A stretch of 64,000 nucleotides of DNA from Bacteriovoracaceae bacterium UBA6261 (GCA_002440825.1 DJVH01000095.1:49954-113953), one strand, 5' to 3'; shown: positions 20,637-30,780, counted from the first letter of the stretch. Numbers and translations are program-made. The notes: a model not told the origin generated them from the letters alone.

Positions 20637-20651
20637 ATGAGAAGAAAGTCC

Positions 20652-20679
20652 TAAAGCCAAAACAGGCATTAACCGATAA
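20652..20679 (+). promoter_or_regulatory. putative sigma28-type promoter for the 438-aa lipoprotein
   Basis: TAAA(G)-N17-CCGATAA; ends 7 nt before ATG 20687. Confidence 0.6.
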
Positions 20680-20686
20680 AAATGGT

Positions 20687-22003
20687 ATGAAATCACTGCT
20701 CATCCTTTTATGTGCCGGATTCTTTCTGGCCTCTTGTTCGACGACTCCTCTTGAAAGTGTTCAGGAAAGAGAACCGGCCGAAGCAGCCCCAACAACTTGT
20801 CATGAGCTGGCTAAAAATATTTTTTTAAGCGAGAACTACGACAAAAATCTGGAAAAGGCTTTAGCTGAAAAAAAGCTCATTACGTTAAAAGAAAAATTTA
20901 TTATCGTTCAACACCCACGTCTTGAATGGATCAATAAAATTAAAAAATCGTTCAATCAGTCTCTTAGAAACTGGAACAACAATCGCTATCCTTCTTTCTA
21001 TCTTTTCAGTGAAGAAGAAATTGTACCAATGGCGAAACGGTACGCTGAGAATTTAGAAAAAATTGCTTTCAATCAAGTTCCTGCTGATGATGAAGAAACA
21101 ACAAAAGCTTTCGTCGCCGTCACTGAATGGCTCAAAGCTTATAAGAATTATAATGTTGATATGGACCAGTTGATTGAAGAAAGAATCTCACTTCAATACA
21201 ATGTGAAACTACTGAAAAAATTAAAACTGGACAATGAGCCAAGAGATATCCAGTTGACTATTAAGCGTGCCGGGCAGCTAAAAAGTGAAATCATCACTCT
21301 CCGCAAAGAAGATAAAAATCTTGCTCATACAATCAAAAAATTAAAGCAGGAAATGAAAGACCTCGACGGCACACTTTTCAAAAACGGAAAGATCAAAGAC
21401 CGTATCATGAGACAAGCGATGCTTCAGGATATGCTCACGATTCTTCAGAGAGAGATGGAGTACGCTTCAAAAAATGGTTTTGAAGGGTCAGCTCTTACGA
21501 AGGAAATGGATGAGCTCACTGCTCTCTTGAAACAGAGTGAATTTAATCCAGTGACCTTCGGAGTTTATAAAATTCAGGATAAGGTCTTTATTCGGGAATT
21601 ATTGGCCGCTTCGAAGCTCGACGTTCTTTATAACAAAATCAAGGATCCTCTCAATCGATTAAAGACTATCGTTTCTGATTATTTTAAAAACCGAAAAGCA
21701 GGAACTGATCAGGAAAAAGTGGGAATCTTTAAGCGCATGTATGCAAAGATCACCAGTATTACACCTAAGCAGGCAGCTATTGGTGGCGGAACGATCGCGG
21801 TGGCCGGATTGGGTGCTGAACGCTACTTTTGGTTTGGAAAGAAGAGCACAACTGAAGAAATGGATCATTCGACAGCTGTTGAAATAGGCCCGGAAGACCA
21901 GGCCCACCAACAACAATTAGAAAATACAGAAAAAGTTGAAACTGAAAAACATGAAGGTCATTCTCAGGTCATCGAAGTGAGCCTGGAAGAATTGACCAAA
22001 TAA
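20687..22003 (+). CDS. hypothetical lipoprotein, coiled-coil rich
   Basis: lipobox LASC; late hydrophobic segment AAIGGGTIAVAGLGA. Confidence 0.8.
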   Translation: MKSLLILLCAGFFLASCSTTPLESVQEREPAEAAPTTCHELAKNIFLSENYDKNLEKALAEKKLITLKEKFIIVQHPRLEWINKIKKSFNQSLRNWNNNRYPSFYLFSEEEIVPMAKRYAENLEKIAFNQVPADDEETTKAFVAVTEWLKAYKNYNVDMDQLIEERISLQYNVKLLKKLKLDNEPRDIQLTIKRAGQLKSEIITLRKEDKNLAHTIKKLKQEMKDLDGTLFKNGKIKDRIMRQAMLQDMLTILQREMEYASKNGFEGSALTKEMDELTALLKQSEFNPVTFGVYKIQDKVFIRELLAASKLDVLYNKIKDPLNRLKTIVSDYFKNRKAGTDQEKVGIFKRMYAKITSITPKQAAIGGGTIAVAGLGAERYFWFGKKSTTEEMDHSTAVEIGPEDQAHQQQLENTEKVETEKHEGHSQVIEVSLEELTK

Positions 22004-23671
22004 CTACTGCCCTCTCAAATCTTTGCGCAAAATTTTTCCGACATTGGTTTTAGGCAATTCCGTTCTGAATTCAATGTGACGGGGAATTTTGTAGTTTGTT
22101 AAATTTTCACGACAGAAATGAATGATCTCATCTGCTGTCAGCGAAGGATCTTTCTTCACAATAAAAAGCTTAATGGCTTCAGTCGTTTTCTCATCCGGTA
22201 CTCCGATCGCAGCCACTTCAAAAACTTTTGGATGTTGAGACACGACATCTTCGATTTCATTTGGATAGACGTTAAAACCAGAAACGAGAATCATATCTTT
22301 TTTGCGGTCGACGATTTTAATAAAACCATCTTCATTCATGATCCCAATATCACCGGTTTTAAAATAACCGTCAGCAGTCATGACCTTTGCAGTTTCGTCA
22401 TCGCGTTTCCAGTATCCCGGCATAACTTGAGGACCTTTAATACAGATTTCACCAGTGCCTCCGATTGGCAGTGTATTCTCCTGATCGTCTTTAATCACAA
22501 TATCAGTTGAAGAAATCGGCAGTCCGATAAAGCCATTGTACTCTTTCAAGTCCATCGGGTTGATACAAGCGGCTGGAGAAGTTTCAGTTAAACCGTAAGC
22601 TTCAATCAGCGCTTTTCCTGTAACGGCTTTCCATTTTTCAGCGACTGCTTTCTGTACGGCCATTCCTCCGCCCAAAGTTAATCTCAATGAAGAGAAATCC
22701 ACCGTTTTGAATTCCGGGTTATTCAACAGACCATTGAAGAGAGTGTTGACTCCGGTAAAGGCCGTAAACTTCCACTTCTTCAATTCTTTAATGAAGCCAG
22801 GAAGATCGCGCGGGTTGGTAATAAGAATATTCAAGCCTCCGATTGAACCGAAGACAAAGCAGTTCGCTGTCAAAGAGAAGATATGGTAAAGCGGCAATGG
22901 AGTGATGATAATCTCCTGCCCTTTTTGAATCAGTGGAGAAATCCAGGCGCGCGCCTGTGTAATGTTGGCGATAATATTTTTGTGAGTGAGAATAGCGCCT
23001 TTAGCAACGCCCGTCGTACCACCCGTGTATTGAAGAAAAGCGATATCTTCTTTTGTCAGCTGAGGCTTAACGAATTTCGTTTCGTCTCCTTTGGCAAGTT
23101 CATCTACAAAATTCAAGGCTGAAGGAATATTGTAAGCCGGAACCATTTTCTTCACTTTTCGAATGACGAAATTCACGATCAATGATTTTGGAAAGCCAAG
23201 CATGTCACCAATTGAAGTGATGAGAACGTGTTTCACTTCTGTTTTTGAAAGGACATGTTCAAGCGTGTGACAGGCATTTTCAAAGATCACAATGGCCGCA
23301 GTGCCGCTGTCTTTTAACTGGTGCTCCAACTCTCTTGGTGTATAAAGTGGGTTTACATTGACAGCCACCATGCCAGCGCGAAGAATTCCAAACAGAGCAA
23401 CCGGATATTGAAGAATGTTTGGCATCATCAAGGCCACGCGGTCGCCTTTTTTTAATTTCAAATGATTTTGGAGATAGCTGGCAAACTTCAGGCTCAAGCG
23501 ATCAATCTCTTGATAGGTTAGCGTCTTCCCCATACAGTGGTAGGCCGGCAACTGTGAATATTGCTTAAAGCTTTCTTCCAGAATTTGGGGGATCGAATGG
23601 TAATTTTCCATTTGATCTTCAATATTTGCAGGTACCCCCGCCTGATAGTGCTTAAGCCAAACCTTTTCCAT
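22004..23671 (-). CDS. fadD: long-chain-fatty-acid--CoA ligase
   Basis: LQYTGGTTGVAKG, YGLTETSP, TGDIG, DRKKDMILVSGFNVYPNEIE, LPKTNVGKILR. Confidence 0.95.
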   Translation of the reverse strand: MEKVWLKHYQAGVPANIEDQMENYHSIPQILEESFKQYSQLPAYHCMGKTLTYQEIDRLSLKFASYLQNHLKLKKGDRVALMMPNILQYPVALFGILRAGMVAVNVNPLYTPRELEHQLKDSGTAAIVIFENACHTLEHVLSKTEVKHVLITSIGDMLGFPKSLIVNFVIRKVKKMVPAYNIPSALNFVDELAKGDETKFVKPQLTKEDIAFLQYTGGTTGVAKGAILTHKNIIANITQARAWISPLIQKGQEIIITPLPLYHIFSLTANCFVFGSIGGLNILITNPRDLPGFIKELKKWKFTAFTGVNTLFNGLLNNPEFKTVDFSSLRLTLGGGMAVQKAVAEKWKAVTGKALIEAYGLTETSPAACINPMDLKEYNGFIGLPISSTDIVIKDDQENTLPIGGTGEICIKGPQVMPGYWKRDDETAKVMTADGYFKTGDIGIMNEDGFIKIVDRKKDMILVSGFNVYPNEIEDVVSQHPKVFEVAAIGVPDEKTTEAIKLFIVKKDPSLTADEIIHFCRENLTNYKIPRHIEFRTELPKTNVGKILRKDLRGQ

Positions 23672-23854
23672 GATTTACCCTCATTTTTGCTTTCTTTTAG
23701 TGTAGCGGATGAGTCTTTTTAACGCAAAGAGATGTCACAATATTTATGTAATTTTATATTTGGAAGTGACATCTACCTGTGTTATACCTGAGGTCTAATA
23801 GTTACTTGGTCCTAAGCTGTTACCCACTTTTGACCTTTTTTTGGAGTTTTTTTT

Positions 23855-24220
23855 ATGGCTACTAAGTTGTACGTTGGCAATCTTCCTTACTCTGCTAAAG
23901 AAGAATCGCTAAAAGATCATTTCTCTTCTGCTGGTTCTGTTGCATCAGTGAAAATCATCATTGATCGCGAAACTGGAAGAAGCAAAGGCTTCGGCTTTGT
24001 TGAAATGGAATCAGATGACGGAGCACAAACTGCAGTTTCTCAATTAGACGGTCAAGAATTCGAAGGTCGCTCTCTAAGAGTTTCTGAAGCTAAGCCACAA
24101 CCTGAGAGAGAATCTCGTGGTGGATTCGGCGGCGGTGGAAACCGTGGCGGTGGATTCGGTGGTGGTCGCGGTGGAGACCGTGGCGGACGCGGCGGATTCG
24201 GCGGCGGAAGAAGAGAATAA
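23855..24220 (+). CDS. RRM RNA-binding protein with Gly/RGG-rich tail
   Basis: RNP2 LYVGNL, RNP1 KGFGFVEM, RGGFGGG repeats. Confidence 0.95.
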   Translation: MATKLYVGNLPYSAKEESLKDHFSSAGSVASVKIIIDRETGRSKGFGFVEMESDDGAQTAVSQLDGQEFEGRSLRVSEAKPQPERESRGGFGGGGNRGGGFGGGRGGDRGGRGGFGGGRRE

Positions 24221-24239
24221 TTACCATTCTTTTTCACAT

Positions 24240-24273
24240 AAAAGACGGCTCCTTCGGGAGCCGTTTTTATTTT
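24240..24273 (+). terminator. intrinsic terminator
   Basis: ACGGCTCC-TTCG-GGAGCCGT followed by TTTTATTTT. Confidence 0.9.
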
Positions 24274-24281
24274 CAGGATAC

Positions 24282-24512
24282 ATGACAACAAATCTTATTC
24301 CCGAAATCGATTACACCATCAATGATGAAGGCAATCTGGTCTTCACCAAATCCTATCTTTTAAAACGTGGGCACTGTTGCACCAGCGGCTGTATCAACTG
24401 TCCTTACGGCTACGGCGATAAAGTCGATCCAATGATTCCTGCAGAGTTTTGTGATTCGTGGGAAGAAAATTCTGACTATGAGATTAGTTTTGAAGATGAG
24501 GAAGATCTGTAA
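24282..24512 (+). CDS. small Cys-rich protein (DUF5522-like)
   Basis: VFTKSYLLKRGHCCTSGCINCPYG motif; ATG 24282 with AGGA RBS. Confidence 0.75.
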   Translation: MTTNLIPEIDYTINDEGNLVFTKSYLLKRGHCCTSGCINCPYGYGDKVDPMIPAEFCDSWEENSDYEISFEDEEDL

Positions 24513-27384
24513 CTAAACTGACGGACTCAGGTATGGTGAACAGAAAAGTCGTTCCTACTCCAACTTCGCTTTCCACCCAAATTCTTCCCCCATGGGCTTC
24601 AACAATACCTTTCACAATGGAAAGCCCAAGTCCTGCGCCCTGAGAATGTGACTGCTCCGGCTGCCAATAGCGATCAAAGATTTTATTCAACTGCTCTTCT
24701 TCGATTCCAACTCCAGAGTCCTCTATTTTAAAAAGTGCAAATCCATTCTGACAGGTTTCAGCACTCAATTTTACAGAGCCTCCGGTTGGAGTAAATTTTA
24801 AGGCATTGCCAGTTAAATTGGATAAAACCTGGATCAGCTTAGAATGATCGGCCTGGACTTTTAAATCGGGGTTCACTGCACTGATTAACTGAATTCCTTT
24901 TTCCTGAGAAAGCAAAGAATGGTTTTCGATCGTTTCGTTGATCAACAATGAGGCGTATTCATTATTTTTTTCAACAGTAAAAGTTCCCGATTCAATTTTA
25001 GCAAAGGTCAAAAGATCAGAAATCAATTCAGAACTGCGTTTTACGGATGCATTCATTTTATGAGTGGTACTCTTGATTTGTTCAATGAATTCATCCTTAT
25101 CAATAGGTTTATTTGTCAGTCTTGAAAGTTTCTGAATGCCAAGATTGATTGTCGTTAAAGGTGTACGCAAATCATGCGAGACAATAGCGATCAACTCTTC
25201 TCTCGTAGCAGAAGCTTTTTGTGCCTGCTGATACAAGTATGCATTATCCACTGATAAAGCGATTCTCTCTGCGGACGCACGCGCCAGAGAAAATTCTTTA
25301 GCCGTGAAATCCGAATTTATTTTTACAAGAGTAATGATACCAAAAGCTCTTCCTCTCGCGGAAAGTGGAAAATGAGCGACTGAGTGCGAATCTAAAATTT
25401 CAGCGAGCGAATTGCAAAGAACCTGGCCCTTCATCTTTTCCAATTTATTCCAGTTAAAAAGTTTGGGCTTTTTTTCATCGATGATTTTTTGAAGGATCTG
25501 ATTAGGTTCAATTCTATGGTCATCAGAATACCAGGACTGAAGCTTGAAATTATTTTCCGAATCATTTGCATAGGCGTAAAAAGCCTCAAGCTTCCCCCCA
25601 CCATTGATAATAAAAACTGAGCACCAATCCGCTTTACTTTGAGTGATAAGCATTGCGGCTTTTCTCAATCGTTTTTTCATATCCAATTCCAGCGTGAGCT
25701 CGTAGCCAATGATGGAGGAAAAGCGCATGTGCTCTTCATTTATTTTTTCGTCCGATATGTCGCGAATAACAAGACTGATCATCTGCTCATTGTTGAGGTT
25801 GGGAATATAATTCATTGTCACTTCAGATAAAAATTTAGAGCCATCTTTTCGGATACTGGTATATTCCAGATTGTCTTGGGGATGGTAGTTCTGGAAAATA
25901 TCCGGAATGAGCTTTTCTATTTTAATGGTCAATAACTCTTCTTCTGTGTAGCCGTAAAACTCCATCGCTTTTTTATTCACAAGCCGGATCGTGCCGCTTC
26001 TGTCTACCAGAAGAATTCCTTCAGTGATGGATTCAACCAGAACGCGGTAACGGGCTTCGGCTTCTTTGATTGTGGCCTCTGCCTTCTTGCGCTCTTCAAT
26101 GCTTCTGACAAAGGCAATCCATCTGTTGTGAGATAAGATTTTTGCACTTACTTCAACATCGACAAAGTTTCCATCTCCCTGCTTCAGCCGCCATTCATCA
26201 GTTTTATGACTTGGATGTTCACTGAGATAAGCTTTAGTTTCGTTCAACCGGGGAACGTCTTCTGATGGGATGAGATCAATAATCGTTTTTCCAATGATTT
26301 TTTCTTTGGAAGTTTTTACTAATTGAGCGGCTGAATCATTGACAGCGATGTACTGTCCGTCAAGATCAGCAACAAAAATACTTTCTGGTGCAAGTTCAAT
26401 AAGAGTTCTGTATTTCTCTTCGCTCTCCTTTAACTCATTTTCAAGCTCTCGTCTTTCGCTATCAACTTTATCTACGTGGCGGGCGGATTCCCAGGCTGAG
26501 AATATAAAAAAACAGAAGATGAGAGTGTTTGCAAGAATTTGTCTGAATATAGGTTGAATGAATCCAAGACCAACCAGAATTCCAATAATGAATTCGATCA
26601 GAATAGGAACAAAAAGCACTTTTAGAACCAATTTTCTTGCCAGATCTGCACCTAACGAATTTTTAAAAAAAAGGGAAAGATATCCTATGCGGGGTTGATA
26701 ACAAAACAAGCCAATACTCAAAAAGAGAAAGGCAAACGCCGTCATCAAGGCCATCCCAATAGCTTGAATAGGAAGATAAGAAGTTAAGGCCGTATCAAAA
26801 CCTGAAATCAATTGAACGAGCGACAGCAGTGTTAAGCCAAAAAAAATCAACGTAAGGGTTTCTGATATTTTGCGGATTTTTTCAGATTTCAAATCGAGCG
26901 CTAAAACTGAAAATGAACTCAAGATCAGACAAATGGAGGCTTCAGGTGATGGCATGAAAAATCTCACTGGATCATATGTCTGAATTTTCCAGAATCCAGA
27001 TTCAAACCAAAGAATTTTTCCAGAGATAAGCTGAATTAATGTCCATGCTCCCACTATAAAAGAAATTAAAGGGAGCTTGAGAAGAAAATCAACAAGAAAT
27101 TCTCCTATCACTTTCCTTAAGCGATTTTGACAATAACGAATCAAAAGACTGAAACTTGAAAAGAAAAGCGCGAATCCCAATAGAGGGTGCATAGGATGTG
27201 ATCTGAATCCAAACTCATGAAACAACTGAATGTGGTTCTTATTGGCCCAGAGTCCGAATAAAACTGAAACCAAAGAAGCTAATGTAGCAACTACTCCACA
27301 ACGTCCTTTTTCAACGAATGTATTAAGTCGTTTTTCAATCAACTCCATTCTGTCAGGATAACCACAAAACTTATTGATTAACAT
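24484..27384 (-). CDS. membrane-bound PAS/PAS/GAF sensor histidine kinase
   Basis: about 7 TM N-terminus, two PAS, GAF, H-box SHDLRTPL, N-box NLTGNALKF, DSGVG, GAGLGL; start may be 27348. Confidence 0.92.
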   Translation of the reverse strand: MLINKFCGYPDRMELIEKRLNTFVEKGRCGVVATLASLVSVLFGLWANKNHIQLFHEFGFRSHPMHPLLGFALFFSSFSLLIRYCQNRLRKVIGEFLVDFLLKLPLISFIVGAWTLIQLISGKILWFESGFWKIQTYDPVRFFMPSPEASICLILSSFSVLALDLKSEKIRKISETLTLIFFGLTLLSLVQLISGFDTALTSYLPIQAIGMALMTAFAFLFLSIGLFCYQPRIGYLSLFFKNSLGADLARKLVLKVLFVPILIEFIIGILVGLGFIQPIFRQILANTLIFCFFIFSAWESARHVDKVDSERRELENELKESEEKYRTLIELAPESIFVADLDGQYIAVNDSAAQLVKTSKEKIIGKTIIDLIPSEDVPRLNETKAYLSEHPSHKTDEWRLKQGDGNFVDVEVSAKILSHNRWIAFVRSIEERKKAEATIKEAEARYRVLVESITEGILLVDRSGTIRLVNKKAMEFYGYTEEELLTIKIEKLIPDIFQNYHPQDNLEYTSIRKDGSKFLSEVTMNYIPNLNNEQMISLVIRDISDEKINEEHMRFSSIIGYELTLELDMKKRLRKAAMLITQSKADWCSVFIINGGGKLEAFYAYANDSENNFKLQSWYSDDHRIEPNQILQKIIDEKKPKLFNWNKLEKMKGQVLCNSLAEILDSHSVAHFPLSARGRAFGIITLVKINSDFTAKEFSLARASAERIALSVDNAYLYQQAQKASATREELIAIVSHDLRTPLTTINLGIQKLSRLTNKPIDKDEFIEQIKSTTHKMNASVKRSSELISDLLTFAKIESGTFTVEKNNEYASLLINETIENHSLLSQEKGIQLISAVNPDLKVQADHSKLIQVLSNLTGNALKFTPTGGSVKLSAETCQNGFALFKIEDSGVGIEEEQLNKIFDRYWQPEQSHSQGAGLGLSIVKGIVEAHGGRIWVESEVGVGTTFLFTIPESVSLVTDLPHLQN

Positions 27385-27449
27385 TTGTTTATAGTGTGTT
27401 CCACCTTAATTTTTCTTTATAAGGAAGACTAATATAAGGTTAACTTAAA

Positions 27450-27466
27450 TGTTTAACAGTTGTTTA
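27450..27466. promoter_or_regulatory. OmpR/PhoP-type direct repeat
   Basis: TGTTTA-N5-TGTTTA upstream of the histidine kinase gene. Confidence 0.35.
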
Positions 27467-27499
27467 ATCTATGAATGCACGTGGCATGACAAGACTTGC

Positions 27500-28126
27500 T
27501 TAAATTTCTTTTTTTAAATCATTCAAAAAATTTTCAATGATGATGAATCGTCTTTCTGCTTCTGCTTTTGCTGATGTTGTATTCATCAACTCCACTACTT
27601 TTTTTAATTTTATAAAAATGTGGTCAATAGCATTGTCTTGATCGTCCCATTCGCGTTGAACAGCGAATGGATCGGCAGAATGATAAAAAGGTCTTTTGAG
27701 TTGTGTGGAAATGGAAAATAAACGGGCAAGTCCTATGGCCCCCAAGCCGTCCAGCCGGTCTGCATCCTGAACGATTTTTGCTTCCAATGTTTCAGGAACA
27801 ATTCCACTACTAAAACTGTGAGCCGCAATAGCATGGGCAATGGCCTCAAATTTGTCCGCAGGAAAGTGAATGGATTTGAGAAAAAATATCGCCTCTTTAG
27901 AGGCCATAGTAGAGGCTGATTTTCTTTCGGGGTGATCCTTGGGAAGATTGACCAGATCGTGCAGCCATGCTGCTGGTACAACGACATCCAGATCCGCTTT
28001 TTCTTCCAATGCTAATTTTTTTGCTGTTGCAACAACTCTTTTCACGTGAAGAAGATCGTGGGCAGGATCGAGCGTTCCCAGAACGCTTGCAATTTTTTGT
28101 TCTAAAAGCTTTTCGATTTGCTTCAT
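27500..28126 (-). CDS. HD-domain phosphohydrolase (YedJ-like)
   Basis: AHDLLHVKRV, AAWLHD, AHSFS, VQDADRLDGLGAIG. Confidence 0.9.
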   Translation of the reverse strand: MKQIEKLLEQKIASVLGTLDPAHDLLHVKRVVATAKKLALEEKADLDVVVPAAWLHDLVNLPKDHPERKSASTMASKEAIFFLKSIHFPADKFEAIAHAIAAHSFSSGIVPETLEAKIVQDADRLDGLGAIGLARLFSISTQLKRPFYHSADPFAVQREWDDQDNAIDHIFIKLKKVVELMNTTSAKAEAERRFIIIENFLNDLKKEI

Positions 28127-28129
28127 TAA

Positions 28130-28750
28130 CTAGAGCGGATCGAAGAAAGTTACGATACCAGTTGAAAGAGAGTGGTAAGCCGCCAGAATTTTCAAATCAC
28201 CTGATTGAATCCGCTGATGAATGATGGGGCCGCTCGTGCTCAATTGTGTTGCCACTTTTCGTGCATTGGTCACGATTGAATTATAAAGAAGATCACCTGG
28301 AAGTTTTCGGCAAGCTTCAATAACCGGTATGATTTGCCATGAAATTCCTTTTACGCTCGGGATATTTTCCGGATTCATGCAAGCACGAAAAGCTCCACAG
28401 TTTTCATGTCCCATAACAATAAGAAGTGGAACTCCTAAAACTTCTACAGCGAATTCCATTGACCCGATAACTGCATCCGAAAGAACAGTTCCGGCAATAC
28501 GACATGTGAACAGATCGCCGATCCCAACATCGAACACAAGTTCAGGAACAACGCGGGAATCAGCGCAACCCAAAATTCCAGCAAACGGGTACTGCTTTAA
28601 GTATTGAGCAAATAAAGTTTCACGTCCTCGCTCAGGGTGTGTCGTATTTCCAGTGGCGAAATCTTCATTACCTTTTTTCAGAAGCTCGAGTGCTTCCTGC
28701 CAGGTGCCAGCTTTGCTCTTTCCTTCTTCTGTAAACTTTGTACTAACCAT
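28130..28750 (-). CDS. beta-class carbonic anhydrase
   Basis: GCADSRV and GHENCGA zinc motifs. Confidence 0.92.
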   Translation of the reverse strand: MVSTKFTEEGKSKAGTWQEALELLKKGNEDFATGNTTHPERGRETLFAQYLKQYPFAGILGCADSRVVPELVFDVGIGDLFTCRIAGTVLSDAVIGSMEFAVEVLGVPLLIVMGHENCGAFRACMNPENIPSVKGISWQIIPVIEACRKLPGDLLYNSIVTNARKVATQLSTSGPIIHQRIQSGDLKILAAYHSLSTGIVTFFDPL

Positions 28751-29012
28751 TTTGATGTGCCTTGATAAAGTTTTCTTTTTGCACTCTGGAGAGACGTTTA
28801 ATTTGCGCCTCTCTGATCAATGCATCACTTCTTGTTTGACAAGCTTCAAGATACACAACTTTTTCAGGTTTATCACTTCTAAAAAACTTAGCGCCGCGGG
28901 GTAAATCCCCCTTATGCTCCTGAAAACGCCTTTCCACATCAGTTGTAATACCGGTGTATAAACGATTTTTAACAGTTTGAATAATGTAAACAAACCATGA
29001 AGACTCGCTCAT
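28743..29012 (-). CDS. small GIY-YIG nuclease (YhbQ/UPF0213-like)
   Basis: WFVYI..LYTGITTDVERRFQEH..GAKF..REAQIK; TGATG coupling to ade. Confidence 0.9.
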   Translation of the reverse strand: MSESSWFVYIIQTVKNRLYTGITTDVERRFQEHKGDLPRGAKFFRSDKPEKVVYLEACQTRSDALIREAQIKRLSRVQKENFIKAHQNG

Positions 29013-30766
29013 CAAGCTTCCAGGCCGATGTAAGAAAATGTACTCACATCAAAAAGTCCGCGGTCAGTTAATTTCAATTGAGGAATGACTGGAAGGGCGA
29101 GAAAGGCCATTTGGATAAATGGTTCTTCAAGAGTAATTCCCAGTTTGTGATATTCTGTTTTTAATTTTTTTATGTCTTCGAAAATTTCTTCACCGGTCTT
29201 TAAACTGAGAAGGCCTGCAAGCGGAAGCTCAAGCAGGGCCTTTACCTCTTTGCCTTCGACAACACACAAGCCTCCGCCTGATTGAATCAACGCATTGGCG
29301 GCTACAACAATCTCAGGAATTGTTTTACCGACAACCATCAGATTGTGTGAATCATGGGCGACACTCGCGGCAATGGCCCCTCTTTTCAGACCAATTCCTT
29401 TGACGAGTCCAAGAGCTGGCGGAAGATTATTTCCATAGCGCTCAATGTTCACCATATATAAAACATCATCGTGATCGAATGATTCACCATTAAACACTGC
29501 TTTTAAATGTTTTGTAATGATTTCATCTTTGACGATTTCAATGACGTTATAGGCACCAGGTTTTAAATTGTAATTAAAATCCTTTTCCAAGAGCGGAGAA
29601 CGTTTAATCGTATTTTGCAGCGGTGGTGCTGATTTTTGCAATTTCTCATTGAGCGATTCTTTTAAATTGAGCTCACTCACTCTCACACCGGCGATATAAA
29701 CATCGGCAATGTCCACAGACTTAAGGTCTTTCAACAAAACAATATCTGCCTGTTTCCCTGGTGCAATCAATCCTAGTTTTTTAAGACCAAAGTGTTTAGC
29801 TGCCGAGAATGAGGAAAGTCGATAGGCCATATGAACCGGCATGTTCAGGTCATTAATCATTTTCTTAATTAGAAAATTGATGTGTCCTTCTTTTAGTATT
29901 TCGTATGGATTTCTGTCGTCAGTACAAAGAAAGCATTGAGGTGAATTGAATTCAGTGACAATTGGAGCAAGTGTCTTTAAATTTTTTGCAACTGATCCCT
30001 CGCGAATAATGAGAGACATTCCTTTCTGCAGTTTTTCTTTTCCTTCCTCTGCAGAAACAGTTTCATGGCAGTTCTGAACACCGGCGGCAATATAAGCATT
30101 GAGCGCTTTTCCTCTCAACATCGGGCAGTGGCCGTCAAGATTCAGGTCTGAGTATTCCTCAATTTTATCCAGCACATTGGCATCTCCATTGATGACGCCT
30201 GGAAAATTCATCATTTCAGCTAGACCAAGCACATTTGGATGCGCTTTATATTTTTTCATCTCGCTGAGTTTAAATTCTCCACCATTGCTTTCAAACCCTG
30301 GCAGGGCCGGTACACATGATGAAGTCTGAACAAATAAATTCTGATGCAGAAGCTCTGATGAACGAAGAAACCATGAATAACCTGTATCTCCCATAACATT
30401 GGTAATTTCATGCGGGTCACAGATAGCAGTGGTCGTTCCCAACGGCAAAGTCATTCTTTCAAATTCAAAAGGGTTCATCATTGAAGATTCAATGTGAAGA
30501 TGTCCGTCGATAAATCCAGGGACGGCTGTCAGCCCTTTGGCATCTACAATTTTTAAAGCCTGGGCATCGCTGTATTCAAGACCGATTCCTGCGATGGTTT
30601 TTCCCGAGAGAACAATTGCCGAATCAACGACCTCTCCATTGACGAGATCGAGTATTTTCACATTTTTTATCAGCACGTCTGCAGGGCTGTCGCCGCGGGC
30701 AACAGCAAGGCATTTCTGCAACTCATCTCTGGTTAATGTCTGCGTTCTTTTATGGGCCAGTGACAT
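29012..30766 (-). CDS. ade: adenine deaminase
   Basis: PGFIDGHLHIESS, DPHEI, LAEMMNFPG, DGHCP, CTDD, SVAHDSHN, LALPVIP. Confidence 0.95.
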   Translation of the reverse strand: MSLAHKRTQTLTRDELQKCLAVARGDSPADVLIKNVKILDLVNGEVVDSAIVLSGKTIAGIGLEYSDAQALKIVDAKGLTAVPGFIDGHLHIESSMMNPFEFERMTLPLGTTTAICDPHEITNVMGDTGYSWFLRSSELLHQNLFVQTSSCVPALPGFESNGGEFKLSEMKKYKAHPNVLGLAEMMNFPGVINGDANVLDKIEEYSDLNLDGHCPMLRGKALNAYIAAGVQNCHETVSAEEGKEKLQKGMSLIIREGSVAKNLKTLAPIVTEFNSPQCFLCTDDRNPYEILKEGHINFLIKKMINDLNMPVHMAYRLSSFSAAKHFGLKKLGLIAPGKQADIVLLKDLKSVDIADVYIAGVRVSELNLKESLNEKLQKSAPPLQNTIKRSPLLEKDFNYNLKPGAYNVIEIVKDEIITKHLKAVFNGESFDHDDVLYMVNIERYGNNLPPALGLVKGIGLKRGAIAASVAHDSHNLMVVGKTIPEIVVAANALIQSGGGLCVVEGKEVKALLELPLAGLLSLKTGEEIFEDIKKLKTEYHKLGITLEEPFIQMAFLALPVIPQLKLTDRGLFDVSTFSYIGLEA

Positions 30767-30780
30767 GAGTTCACTCCATT

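Noticed and set aside
24115-24212. GGTGGATTCGGCGGC-type repeats
   Set aside because: They encode the RGG/Gly tail of the RRM protein; no spacers, not a CRISPR or mobile repeat
24117-24281. N-terminal extension of ORF 24117..24512
   Set aside because: Alternative frame of the RRM gene that crosses its terminator; real start taken as ATG 24282
27453-27467. TTAA-N7-TTAA CtrA-like box
   Set aside because: CtrA is alphaproteobacterial and nothing else here points to that class; the motif is common in AT-rich DNA
27482-27500. TGGCAT...TTGCT as sigma54 promoter
   Set aside because: GG-to-GC spacing is 13, not 10, and it does not face a gene start
28743-29012. GIY-YIG as homing endonuclease or defence gene
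   Set aside because: Short stand-alone YhbQ-type protein, translationally coupled in a housekeeping-like operon; no intron, intein or mobile context
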